Assembly: GCA_963790305.1 (NCBI GenBank)
Contig: CAWBOC010000005.1
Location: 480,001-544,000, forward strand
Length of the DNA stretch: 64,000 bases
Direction of reading: 5' to 3'
Source of the DNA: an uncultured Gemmatimonadaceae bacterium
GTDB lineage: Bacteria; Gemmatimonadota; Gemmatimonadetes; Gemmatimonadales; Gemmatimonadaceae
Below the pieces are notes generated by a model. That model did no database searches. It was not told where the DNA came from and saw only the letters and a list, made by a program, of their open reading frames with translations. The number at the start of each line of letters is the position of its first letter. Positions within the stretch are counted from its first letter, which is position 1. The position numbers and the translations under genes are program-made. Below, in pieces: positions 27,838 through 37,765 of the stretch.

Positions 27838-30800
27838 CCCGGTTCTCGTTTCAGGCGGACCACGCGCGTGTGAGCGCCCGAGGCGCATCGGCGGCGCTGC
27901 GCACCTTTCATCCGCTGGTGCGGGCGTGGTTCACCGAGACGTTAGGCTCGCCGAGCGAGCCGCAGCGGCAGGGCTGGCCGGCAATCGCGAGTGGCGGTCA
28001 CACGCTCATTCTGGCGCCGACCGGCACCGGCAAGACGCTGGCCGCGTTCCTGTGGGAGCTCAACGCGCTGATCGTCGCGGGACTCGCCGCGCCGCTGCCG
28101 AATGCCATTCGCATCCTCTACGTCTCGCCGCTCAAGGCGCTCAATAACGACATCCAGCGGAATCTGGAGGCGCCGCTGACGGATCTCCGGCAGCGGTTCG
28201 AGCGCGCCGGTGAGGCGTTCCCCGAGATTCGTGTCGCGGTTCGCACGGGAGACACGCCCGCGTCCGCCCGGGCGCGCATGCTACGCAAGACGCCGCACAT
28301 CCTGATCACGACGCCGGAATCGCTCAACATCATGCTGACGAGCACGCGGGGTCGAGGGATGTTTTCCGACGTGCGCGTGGTGATCGTCGACGAGATTCAC
28401 GCGGTGGCGGGCACGAAGCGAGGCGTGCATCTCGCGCTGCAGCTCGAGCGGCTCGAGGCACTGACGGGCCGATCGCCACAGCGCATCGGGCTATCGGCGA
28501 CGGTGAGGCCGGTCGGTGAGATCGCCTGGTTTCTGGCTGGGGTGAGGAAGAGCAGGCGGCAACCTCGATGACCGGCCTGCCACCGTACAGGTGGTCGATT
28601 GTGGACTCGTCAAGCAGCTCGACATCGCCGTTCGCGCTCCTGTGCCCGACCTCGCCAACGTCGGGGGCAGCGTCTGGCCGAAGGTCATCCCACTCGTGCT
28701 CGAGCGGGTCCGTGAATCCCGAACGACGCTCGTCTTCGTCAACAATCGCGCGCAGGCGGAAAAGATCGCGGCGCGGCTGAATGCGCTCGCGGAGGAGGAG
28801 ATCGCGCAGCCGTATCACGGCTCGCTCGCCCGAGAGCGGCGACTGCGGCTCGAGATCGCACTCAAGGCCGGGGAGCTTAGGGCGCTCGTCGCGACGAGCT
28901 CGCTCGAGCTCGGCATCGACATTGGATCGGTCGACCTGGTCATCCAGCTCCAGTCGCCCAAGCGTGTCACGTCGGGACTCCAGCGCATTGGGCGCGCGGG
29001 ACACACGCTCGGCGAGACGAGCCGCGGTGTGCTCGTTCCGACGTTTCGCGATGACCTGGTCGAGATCGTGGCGATCGCCGAAGCGATGCGCGAAGGCGAC
29101 GTCGAGCCGACCATGGTGCCCCAGAACGCGCTCGACGTCCTCGCGCAAACCATCACGGCCATGGTCTCGGTGGACGATTGGCATGCGGACGATTTGTTCG
29201 CGCTCGTTCAACGCGCCTACCCGTACCATCGTCTGACCCGGGCGGCGTTCGATGAGGTCGTGTCGATGCTCGCCGGGAAGTATCCATCGGACCTCGCTGG
29301 CGAGCTGGAGGCGCGCATCACGTGGGACCGCGTGAATGGCGTGATCACCGGCTCGCGAGCAAGCCGGATGCTGGCGGTCATCTCGGGCGGAATGATTCCC
29401 GATCGAGGGCTCTATGCCGTCACGCTTCCTGATCGCACACGGCTCGGCGAGCTGGATGAGGAATTCGTGCACGAATCGCGCGTCGGCGACGTCTTTCAGC
29501 TCGGATCCTCGACCTGGCGGATCGCGACCATCGAGCACGACCGCGTCATCGTGCACCCAGCACCCGGTGCGCCAGCGCGGATGCCGTTCTGGCACGGCGA
29601 GTACGGCGCGCGCGCCGTAGGGATGGCGCGACGCGTCGGCGCCGTGCGACGGCTCGAGACCCAGCGAGCGGACTCATCGGGTACGTCGCACGTCTCAGTG
29701 GATGACGCATTGATGACGTCGCTCGAGCGCTACGTCGGCGAGCAGCGGGCGGCAACGGGGGCGGTGCCTGACGAGCGCACCATCGTCGTCGAATACTTCC
29801 GCGACGACCTCGGCGCGTGGCGCATCGTGCTGCATTCGATCTTTGGTGGCCGTGTGAACGCCCCGTGGGGCATGGCGCTCGCGCAGCGCCTGCGTGAAGC
29901 GCTCACCGCGAGCATGGCGGGACCGGCAGAGCCAGGCGTGACGCGGATCGACATTCAGGTACAGACCACCGATGACGGCATCATGCTGCGCCTGCCCGAT
30001 CTGGGCAGCGCTCCGCCTGTTGACCGGGTGTTGGGTCTCACCGCGGACGAAGCCCGCCGTCGGGTGATCGAGGAGGTGGGCACCACCTCGCTCTTCGGCG
30101 CGCGCTTTCGCATGAACGCGGCCCGGGCACTGTTGCTTCCTCGCGGAACCGCCCGACGGCGCATGCCGCTGTGGCTGCAGCGCCTCAAGGCAGCGGATCT
30201 TCTGGAGACGGTGCGTGCGTGGCCCGAATTTCCGATTCTGGTCGAGACCTATCGTGAAGTGCTCCGTGACGCCTTCGATCTCGAGGCGTTGCTCGACGTC
30301 CTCAAGGAAATCGCTGCGGGCCAGATCGCCGTACGCGTGGTGGAAACCGCGCAGCCGTCGCCGTTCGCGGCCAGCCTCCAGTTCGGGTTCGTGATGGATT
30401 GGCTCTATGGCGATGACACGCCGAGAGCCGAGCGGCGTGCGGCACTGTTGGCGGTCGATCGGGCGCTGCTCGACGATGTGATGCTGGTGGAAGGCGCCGA
30501 TGATGACCTGCGGAACGCCATCGAGGAGCTGCTGGCGATACGGCGTGGGACGGCGACAACCCGGCGTGCGCGGAGTGCCGATGAGCTGGCGCAGCTCATT
30601 GACCGCGCTGGCGATCTCACCGCGACCGAGGTGCGCGAGCGGATCGCCGAGCCGGCGACGTGGAAGCGTGGTGACCCACTCGATGAGTTGCTGGAAAGCG
30701 GGCGGGTCATCGCGATCCCGGTCGTAGCTCGTGGGGATCCGGAATGGCGGTTCATCCTCACCGAGGATTACCCGCGATACGCCGCGGCGCTCGGGGCGGA

Positions 30801-32496
30801 ATCGTTAGGCACCGTGCGAGGCCGCGCGGAGCTGCGCGAGCTGACCGCGGCGGCGGCAGTACCGGATGCACTGCGGACACCGGCGCTGGATCCGATCGCG
30901 GCGCGGCGAGAGGTCATGGCGCGGTTCCTCGCGCTATCGGGGCCAGTCACGGCTGGTGAGGTCGGCGCGCGCTATGGATGGGATGGAGGCTGGGTGGGAG
31001 CGCGACTGGCGGATTGGGAGCGTAGTGGCCGACTCGTGCGTGGCCGCTATCGACGCGAAGTGCGGGAGCCGGAATGGTGCTCGCGCCGCGTCGTGGAGCG
31101 CGCGCGCCTGCGCGCCCTGGCGGAGCTGCGGCGACAGATCGCGGCGGTGGAGATGCCGGCGTTCGCCGCGTTTCTCCAGCGGTGGCAGCACGTAGATCCA
31201 CGCCATCGCATGAGCGGATCGGACGGCGCGGAGCGCGCTCTCGCGCAGCTGCTCGGAATCGCCCGACCGCCCGATGCCTGGGAGCGGGACTACCTTCCCG
31301 CGCGTCTGGACCTCTACGAGCCGACGTGGCTGGCACAGCTCGGAGCATCCGGACGCTTCGTGTGGGCGGGAACGCCTCGCGTTGATCCGAGCGGCCGGGC
31401 GATCGCGCTGAATGCGCTCCGCTTCTTCGAGCGCGGCTCGGGGTCGCTATGGATGGCGCCGTCCTCGGACGAGCTCCCGTTGAGCGAGCAGGCGCGTGCG
31501 ACGCGCGCGGCGCTCGCGCAGCACGGCGCGTCGTTTCTCGCCGATTTGCAAGCGGTCACGGGCATCTCCATGCTCGCGCTGCGTGACGCACTGCGGGAGC
31601 TCGTCGCCGCGGGGGAAGTGACGAATGATGCGATCGAGGCGATGCGCGAGATCACACGAACGCGGCCATTGCCTAACCGCACGCGGCCCGGCGCAGCCGA
31701 TCCGGCGCGGTGGCTTCCGGTCGACTATGCGCCAAGTTCCGGACGGCGGGTGGTACAGCGTCGGATGTCGGTACGCCGGTTGCCGCGATGGCGCCGGCCC
31801 GATCGGAGTGGATCGGTGTCGGGATGGGTCGGCCGCTGGTCGCTCGTTCGCACGCCCGGAACCATGGGTCAGATGCCGTCGCCCGAGGAGCATGCGGCGG
31901 CGATCGCGCGCCAGTGGCTCGAGCGATATGGCATCGTCGCGCGCAACTGGTGGCGGCGTGAGCGTCCGCCAGTGCCGTGGCGCAGCATCTATCTCGAGCT
32001 CAAGCGGATGGAATTTCGCGGCGAGGTGCGCCGCGGGTACTTCGTGAGAGGGTTGGCGGGCGCACAGTTCGCGCTTCCGGAGGCGGTGGAGCAGCTACGG
32101 GCTACCGAGCCCGATGCAACCGCGCCCTTCGTCGTCATCGCGGCAAGCGATCCGGCGAACCCCTACGCGCTCGAGCTGGACGGCGACGACATCGATCCCC
32201 TTTCGCGACCGCGGGGACGCGGCGCACTCCTCGTCACGCGTGAGGGGCGTGTGGGGATGTCCGTCGAAGGACGCGGGCGGCGGATTACGATCGCGCCATG
32301 GTTGGTCGAGGCCGATGTCACAGCCGCTGCCACCGCGTTCCTCGCGCATCTCCGCGCGTCGCGGGCCGCGAGCCCGCGACCTCGCGACGTGGAGGTCGAA
32401 ACAATTGACGGCGTGAACGCGGCGGCGATGAAGTGGACTGAGGCGTTTTTGAAGGCGGGGTTCCGACGCGAGACGAGCGGGCTGCGAGCGTTTTGA
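27834..32496 (+). CDS. lhr: Lhr-family large SF2 helicase; apparent frameshift near 28550
   Basis: APTGTGKT, VSPLKALNNDI, DEIH, SAT, SSLELGIDIG, QRIGRAGH; C-terminal EVRRGYFV.GL.GAQFALP. Confidence 0.9.
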
Positions 32497-32504
32497 ACGG
32501 CAAA

Positions 32505-32532
32505 GACGTCAGACGTCAGAATTCTGACGTCT
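32505..32532. repeat. GACGTCA heptamer palindromic repeat between convergent genes
   Basis: AGACGTCAGACGTCAGAATTCTGACGTCT. Confidence 0.7.
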
Positions 32533-32545
32533 CTGCCGTTGCCCT

Positions 32546-33094
32546 CTACCGGATATCCTCCCGCCCAAGTGCCGCCCGCACCGCTTCGCGAATGGCGACG
32601 ACCGCCGACGAGGATGACGCGGGGGAATCGTCGCGCACGTGGAGCTCAATGCCGTCGGCGACGTGCACGCGTCGCCACACACCGTCGAGCTCGCCATCCC
32701 GGACGACCGCGATATCGGAGCCCGCGCCGAGCGCGGGCGCGAGCGCGGTGGCGACGCGTCGCTCGAGGGCGTCCCCCGTCAGCTCCACGAGCTCCGGCTT
32801 GATGCGCTCGAGCGTCTGGCCCTCGCGCTGCCGAATCTTGATGTGGAGGAGCTGCAGGAGATGACGATACCCGTAGGTCGCGGCCGTGCCGGTGCCCTCG
32901 GGGCGGTCGAGCAGGCCATTCGCGACGTAGAACCGAATCGCGCGTGCGCTGAGCGACGCGCGGGCGGCGGCGTTGGTCGGGCGCATTGCGGCGGCATCGA
33001 CCAGCGCAGTGGCGTGCGCGGCGAGTCCTCGCGCGTTCCACGGCGCGTGGCGCGCGTGGGTGCGGAGCAGGGCAACGGGCGATAGATCCGCCAT
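32546..33094 (-). CDS. MerR-like HTH DNA-binding protein
   Basis: SARAIRFYVANGLLDRP...YGYRHLLQLL.IK..Q.EG.TL..I. Confidence 0.8.
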   Translation of the reverse strand: MADLSPVALLRTHARHAPWNARGLAAHATALVDAAAMRPTNAAARASLSARAIRFYVANGLLDRPEGTGTAATYGYRHLLQLLHIKIRQREGQTLERIKPELVELTGDALERRVATALAPALGAGSDIAVVRDGELDGVWRRVHVADGIELHVRDDSPASSSSAVVAIREAVRAALGREDIR

Positions 33095-33143
33095 GGTCGG
33101 AAGGTACGGCGAACGACTTCGAGGTGCCAGCCAGCGTCGGTCG

Positions 33144-34110
33144 TTACGCTCCGTCCGCGAGGAATCGCGTCACGATCCCGTTGAACTCTGCCGACTGCTC
33201 ATCGTGCGGCACCATCCCCGCGGGATCGAGAATCGTGAGCTGGAGATCCGGATTGAGCGCCATGAACCCGCGTGCGTCCTCCACGGGCGTCTCGACCGCC
33301 TGCTCTCCCCACACCAGCAGCACTCGCTGACGGAGACGCCGAACTGCTCCGCGAACATCGAGATTCAGAATGACCGGAGAGAAACGCGGCTGGCGCATGC
33401 CGCGCGCCGGGTTGATGCGCGGCGCGGTGATAGATATCCACCAGCTCGGGCGTCACGAAGTCGAGATCGACGTACGCGCGCTCGAGCCAGTAGCGGAGGC
33501 TGCGTCGCGACGCGAGGGTGTTGAAGACCGCAGCACCGACGAGGGGCGCGTCGACCACGAGTCGCGCCACATCGCCCCCGGTCGTGGCGGCGCTGTTGCG
33601 CCTTACGAGTCCTGTCGGCTCAATCAAGACGAGCGCGGGATACTGGCCCGGATCGCGGGCCCCGAGCACGGCGGCGTAGGCGGCCGTCAATGACAATGCG
33701 ATGAGTGTCGCCGGCGCTCCAATGGCTTGACGCGCGAAGTCGTCGATAAGCCGCATGTAGAGCCGCGCGCTGTATCGCACCTGCGGGCGATCCGACATTC
33801 CGAAGCCGAGCAGGTCGAGGGCGTACACGTCGTGTGTTGCCGCAAGGGCATCAATGTTCGAGCGCCACTCGTACGACCACGCTGCGGTGTGAATGCCGTG
33901 GAGCAACAACACCGCACGCTCCTGCTGCGTGCGCGCCTTGCGATGTGCGTAGAACAGCCTGCGCCCGCGCCAATCGAACCACTGGCCGTCTCCGCCGATG
34001 AGATTTTCGAGGGGGGCGACGCGGCGCGACGCGAGCGCATTCAACGTCGCGGCCGCGCCGATCGCCGCGCCACTGGCGAGCAGGGCGCGGCGCCACGACG
34101 GTCGAATCAC
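33144..34110 (-). CDS. Alpha/beta hydrolase; apparent frameshift near 33369
   Basis: LLHGI, DLLGFGMSDRP, ALSL nucleophile region, LLVWGE, PHDE. Confidence 0.82.
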
Positions 34111-35312
34111 GCGCCGCTCGGCTCGGAGGGTGCGCCTTTTCCTGAGGACGCCGGCTTTACCGCCACGGCCCGCTCGACGGGACGGGATGTCGCCTTTCGC
34201 GCGCGCGGTGGGGTCCGCTCCGGTGCCGAGCCAGGAAGTGTGATGCGCACCGTCGTCCCGCGTTCGGCATCGCTGTCGATCGCAATCGATCCGCCGTGCT
34301 CCTCAATGATGCGGCGCGCGAGCGCGAGCGCGATGCCGCTCCCCCCGCGCCGCACCGGAGAAAAAATGTCGAACGCGCGAGTGAGCTCGTCAGGCGGAAT
34401 CGGCGGTCCGCCATGGGTGATCGCGCAGCGCCACCGTCCGCGAGCCTGTGTCTCCGACACGAGCTTCAAATCCGAGCCCTGCGGTGCGCCGTCAGCCGCG
34501 TGGGCGAGCAGTGTCACGAACGCCTGCGACAGCTGCGTAGAATCGAGATCGCAGGTGGCGTGCTGCTTCGGCCGCTCCCGCGTCACCAGCAGCGAGCGGC
34601 TCTCGAGTACGCCGCGATGCGCCTGGAGGACATCATCCCATACGCGATCGGGATCACCCGGCTCGAGACGCGGGGCATGGACGCTCCCATATTCGAGCAG
34701 GTCGGTGACCATTCCGTTCAGTCGCTCCACCTCACGGAGGATGCGGCCAATGTTCCGCTCCAGCACTGGATCCTCTCTCGCCCGAAAGCGAAGGAGCTGA
34801 GCCGCGGACGACAGCCCAAACAGGGGGTTGCGAAGCTCGTTGGCGATGCCAGTGACAATGGTGGCCGCTGTCTCGAGCTCTTCGCGGTGCTGCACGCGGC
34901 CGAGGTGCCGTGCGTGCTCGATCGCGATCGCGGCCTCATCGGCGATCGCGGCGAGCTCCCGTTCCGCGCGCGCGAGGATCGCGCTCGAGTCTACGTCTTC
35001 CGCCAGCACCACCATCGCGCCGACGAGACCGGAAGGCGCAAGCATCGGCGCCGTGAGCTCCTGTCCTCGCAATGTGCAATGCATGAGGACGCGTCCGGCA
35101 GCCAGGGCCTCCAGTCCGTGCTCGCGAACGCGCTCTTCGAGCGCTTCGCGTTCCGCATCGTATCCGACGGCATGCGCGACGCGAAGTCGCGTGGATCCTT
35201 CGTCGGAGATGGCGAACGCGATCGCTTCGGCACGCATCGTTTGCCTGATGCGGCGCGCAAGCTCCTGCGTCAGTCGCTCGAGCTCGAGCTCGAAGACGCT
35301 CATGCAATGCAC
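34107..35312 (-). CDS. GAF-domain histidine kinase-like protein with degenerate catalytic boxes (pseudokinase candidate)
   Basis: H-box reads IANELRNPL; N-box TLLAHA, G1 THGGPPIP, G2 GSGIAL; RIIEEHGG..GTTVRITLP retained. Confidence 0.82.
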   Translation of the reverse strand: MHCMSVFELELERLTQELARRIRQTMRAEAIAFAISDEGSTRLRVAHAVGYDAEREALEERVREHGLEALAAGRVLMHCTLRGQELTAPMLAPSGLVGAMVVLAEDVDSSAILARAERELAAIADEAAIAIEHARHLGRVQHREELETAATIVTGIANELRNPLFGLSSAAQLLRFRAREDPVLERNIGRILREVERLNGMVTDLLEYGSVHAPRLEPGDPDRVWDDVLQAHRGVLESRSLLVTRERPKQHATCDLDSTQLSQAFVTLLAHAADGAPQGSDLKLVSETQARGRWRCAITHGGPPIPPDELTRAFDIFSPVRRGGSGIALALARRIIEEHGGSIAIDSDAERGTTVRITLPGSAPERTPPRARKATSRPVERAVAVKPASSGKGAPSEPSGA

Positions 35313-35389
35313 ATCATAGAAGTGGATCGGGGGCCGTGGGCAAGGAATTCAGGACCCTGCCCCGGCCCCCGATCGAGTTCCAGCAATGA

Positions 35390-36346
35390 TCAGCGGCGGG
35401 AGCGCTTGCGTGCGCCGCCGCGACCGGGATTCTTTTTGCCGCGCGTGCGGGCGCCCCCGGCCTTCTTCGCGCTGCCAGTGCGACCGCGAGCGCCTCCACT
35501 CTTTCGAGCGCCACCGCCCTTGCGACCGCTGCTGCCGCCGCCGGCCTTGGAGCGCGCGCCACCAGCCTTCTTTTTCCCACCGCCGCCCTTGCGAGCGGCC
35601 TTCTTCGCGCTCGACTTCTTTTTCGCCGAGCCGCCACTCTTCGTCGCGGACTTGCGACCTCCGCCAGCCGCGGCGGCACCTCCGCCCCCGCTGCGCGCAC
35701 TTGTCGCGCCGCCCCCCTGCATGCCTCCCGGCGACGATGGACGAGCGCCGCCCGCCAGGCTCGAAGCGGTCATGGATCCGCCGGTGGTCGTGCCGCCGCG
35801 TGTGGCTCCGCCACCCCCTCCGCCAGCGCTACCGCCACCTCCGGGCCTCGACGCGCTGCTAGCGCCGCCTCCGGGCCTCGACGCGCTGCTAGCGCCGCCT
35901 CCGGGGGGTCCGCCAGGACGCGATGCGCCGCCGCCACCTCCCCCGGATCCCCCAGGGCGCGATGCGCCGCCGGTGCCGCCCCCCATCCCGCCGCCTGGCC
36001 GCGACCCGCCGGTGGCACCGCCCGCGCCGGTTCCCGCGCCACCGCGCGTAGCGCCACCGGCACCCCCACGGCCCGCGCCTCCGCCTCGGGGCGTCGCGAA
36101 CTCCTCCTCCTCTTCCAGCTCGTCGACGGACCCGGCGTCATCATCGTCGTCCAGGTCGTCGTCATCATCTTCGGCGCTGTCCCAGAGGTCGTCGCCGTCG
36201 TGTTTCGTCATCCCCCAGCCGCTCCCCTCTTCATCATCGTCATCGTCGTACGAGCTCCCGCCACCACCGCCGTAACCGGGCTCGTCCGAGTCATCATCGC
36301 GGTCGGAGAAGAAAAGCTCCTCGTTCGACTCATCACCGCGCCGCAT
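35390..36346 (-). CDS. Low-complexity disordered protein: acidic N-terminus, Gly/Arg-rich middle, Lys/Arg-rich tail
   Basis: CAGGAGG RBS before ATG 36346; D/E tracts, SRPGGG repeats, KKAARKGG tail. Confidence 0.75.
   Translation of the reverse strand: MRRGDESNEELFFSDRDDDSDEPGYGGGGGSSYDDDDDEEGSGWGMTKHDGDDLWDSAEDDDDDLDDDDDAGSVDELEEEEEFATPRGGGAGRGGAGGATRGGAGTGAGGATGGSRPGGGMGGGTGGASRPGGSGGGGGGASRPGGPPGGGASSASRPGGGASSASRPGGGGSAGGGGGGATRGGTTTGGSMTASSLAGGARPSSPGGMQGGGATSARSGGGGAAAAGGGRKSATKSGGSAKKKSSAKKAARKGGGGKKKAGGARSKAGGGSSGRKGGGARKSGGARGRTGSAKKAGGARTRGKKNPGRGGARKRSRR
35841..35900. repeat. Perfect 30-bp tandem duplication inside the low-complexity gene
   Basis: CCGGGCCTCGACGCGCTGCTAGCGCCGCCT x2. 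Confidence 0.9.
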
Positions 36347-36525
36347 GTCTGCCTCCTGAGGGTATGTGGTGCGCGAACCTCGCGGGTCACGCGAACTGCG
36401 CTCATGCCAGCGTGCCGCCGCGCGGTGCACGACATGTGCCTCTCGCGACGGCGCGCACTGCTCTGCGACGCTCTCATACAACACCAGGAGAGTTCCGTCA
36501 AGGCGGGATTGTTTCTCTGCAAACC

Positions 36526-36616
36526 TGAAGACCTCAGGGGTCAGACGTCAGCGATCAGAATTCAGAAGAGGCAGTTTCTGACATCTGATCCCTGACGTCT
36601 GACCCCTGAGGTCTTC
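36526..36616. repeat. Long inverted repeat built of (G/A)CGTCAG/GATCAG heptamer-like units
   Basis: GAAGACCTCAGGGGTCAGACGTCAGCGATCAGA...TCTGATCCCTGACGTCTGACCCCTGAGGTCTTC. Confidence 0.85.
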
Positions 36617-36648
36617 GGCCGTGCAGAGTCCGCGTTAGCGACCGCGCT

Positions 36649-37765
36649 CTACCCTTCTGTTTCGTCGAGGAAGACAATGGACGCACCCCGGCCGACGACC
36701 GACTTCAGCGCGGCGAATACCCGCGGGTCCAGCAACCGGTTGACGTGCTGCTCCAGCAGCCTCAGCGTGTCGTCCTGCGTCAGTGGCTCGCGGTAGGCGC
36801 GCTTGGAGGTGAGCGCGTCGAAGGCGTCGGCTGCCGCCAGGATCTTTCCGCCGATCGAGATCTGCTCGTCCTTCAGACCGCGCGGGTAGCCTGCGCCGTC
36901 GTGGTGCTCGTGGTGATCGTGCACGAAGCGAAGCGCCTCGCCGATGTGCTTGAGCGGCGCCAGGATCTCCATGCCGATGCGCACGTGGTCCTTGATGTGC
37001 GCGAACTCATCGGGGGTGAGCTTGCCCGGCTTGTTCAGGATGTCTTCCCGAATCCCGATCTTGCCGACGTCATGGATGCGTCCCGCGAGACGCACGTTCT
37101 CCACGGTATCGGGGTCCAGACCGAGCTGGTCGGCGATCGACGCGCCGAGTGCGGCAACGCGCTGCGAGTGCCCCCGGAGGTAGATGTCTTTCGCTTCCAT
37201 CGCGTTGATGAGCGTCTCCACGATGTTGACCGTCAAGCCACGCAACGCCCCCTTTTCGCGCTCGAGCTCCGCGGTGCGCAACGCCACCTCTTCGCGGATG
37301 AGCCGCTCGACCTTCCGTTGCTCAATGGCGAGATCGCGCTTGTGTAACGCACGCTCGACTGCCTGCTGCAGATCGACGAGCTCGATCGGCTTCATCAGGT
37401 AGTCGTACGCCCCGCGCGAGAGCGCTTCCGTCGCCGTCGGTGCGTCGTTGACGGCCGTGAGCATCATGATCGCCAGGTCGGGGTCGATCTCGAGCGCCTT
37501 GGGCACGACCTCGACACCACTCATGCCGGGCATGCGCACGTCGCAGAGCATGAGCACGAAGCGGTTACGCTCGAGAATGCTCCAGCGCCGCGGCACCGCT
37601 CTCGGCGGTATGCACGTCGTAGCCTCGCGTCTTCAGGAACTTGCCGAGGGCGAGGCGAATGGTTTCCTCGTCGTCGACAACGAGCATGCGTTTGATCCAC
37701 TCGTCGCCCGACATGCCGGATGGACGCTGGACTCGTGGAATGGGTAGGGTCGAAGTCTCGCTCAT
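36649..37765 (-). CDS. Response regulator REC plus HD-GYP phosphodiesterase; apparent frameshift near 37576
   Basis: LVVDDE, CDVRMPGMSG, DYLMKP; HSQRV, HDVGK, HHEHHDGAGYP. Confidence 0.9.

Noticed and set aside
34296..36275. 659-aa plus-strand Pro-rich ORF
   Set aside because: Antisense shadow of the pseudokinase and the Gly-rich gene; the minus-strand ORFs have the RBS and recognisable motifs.
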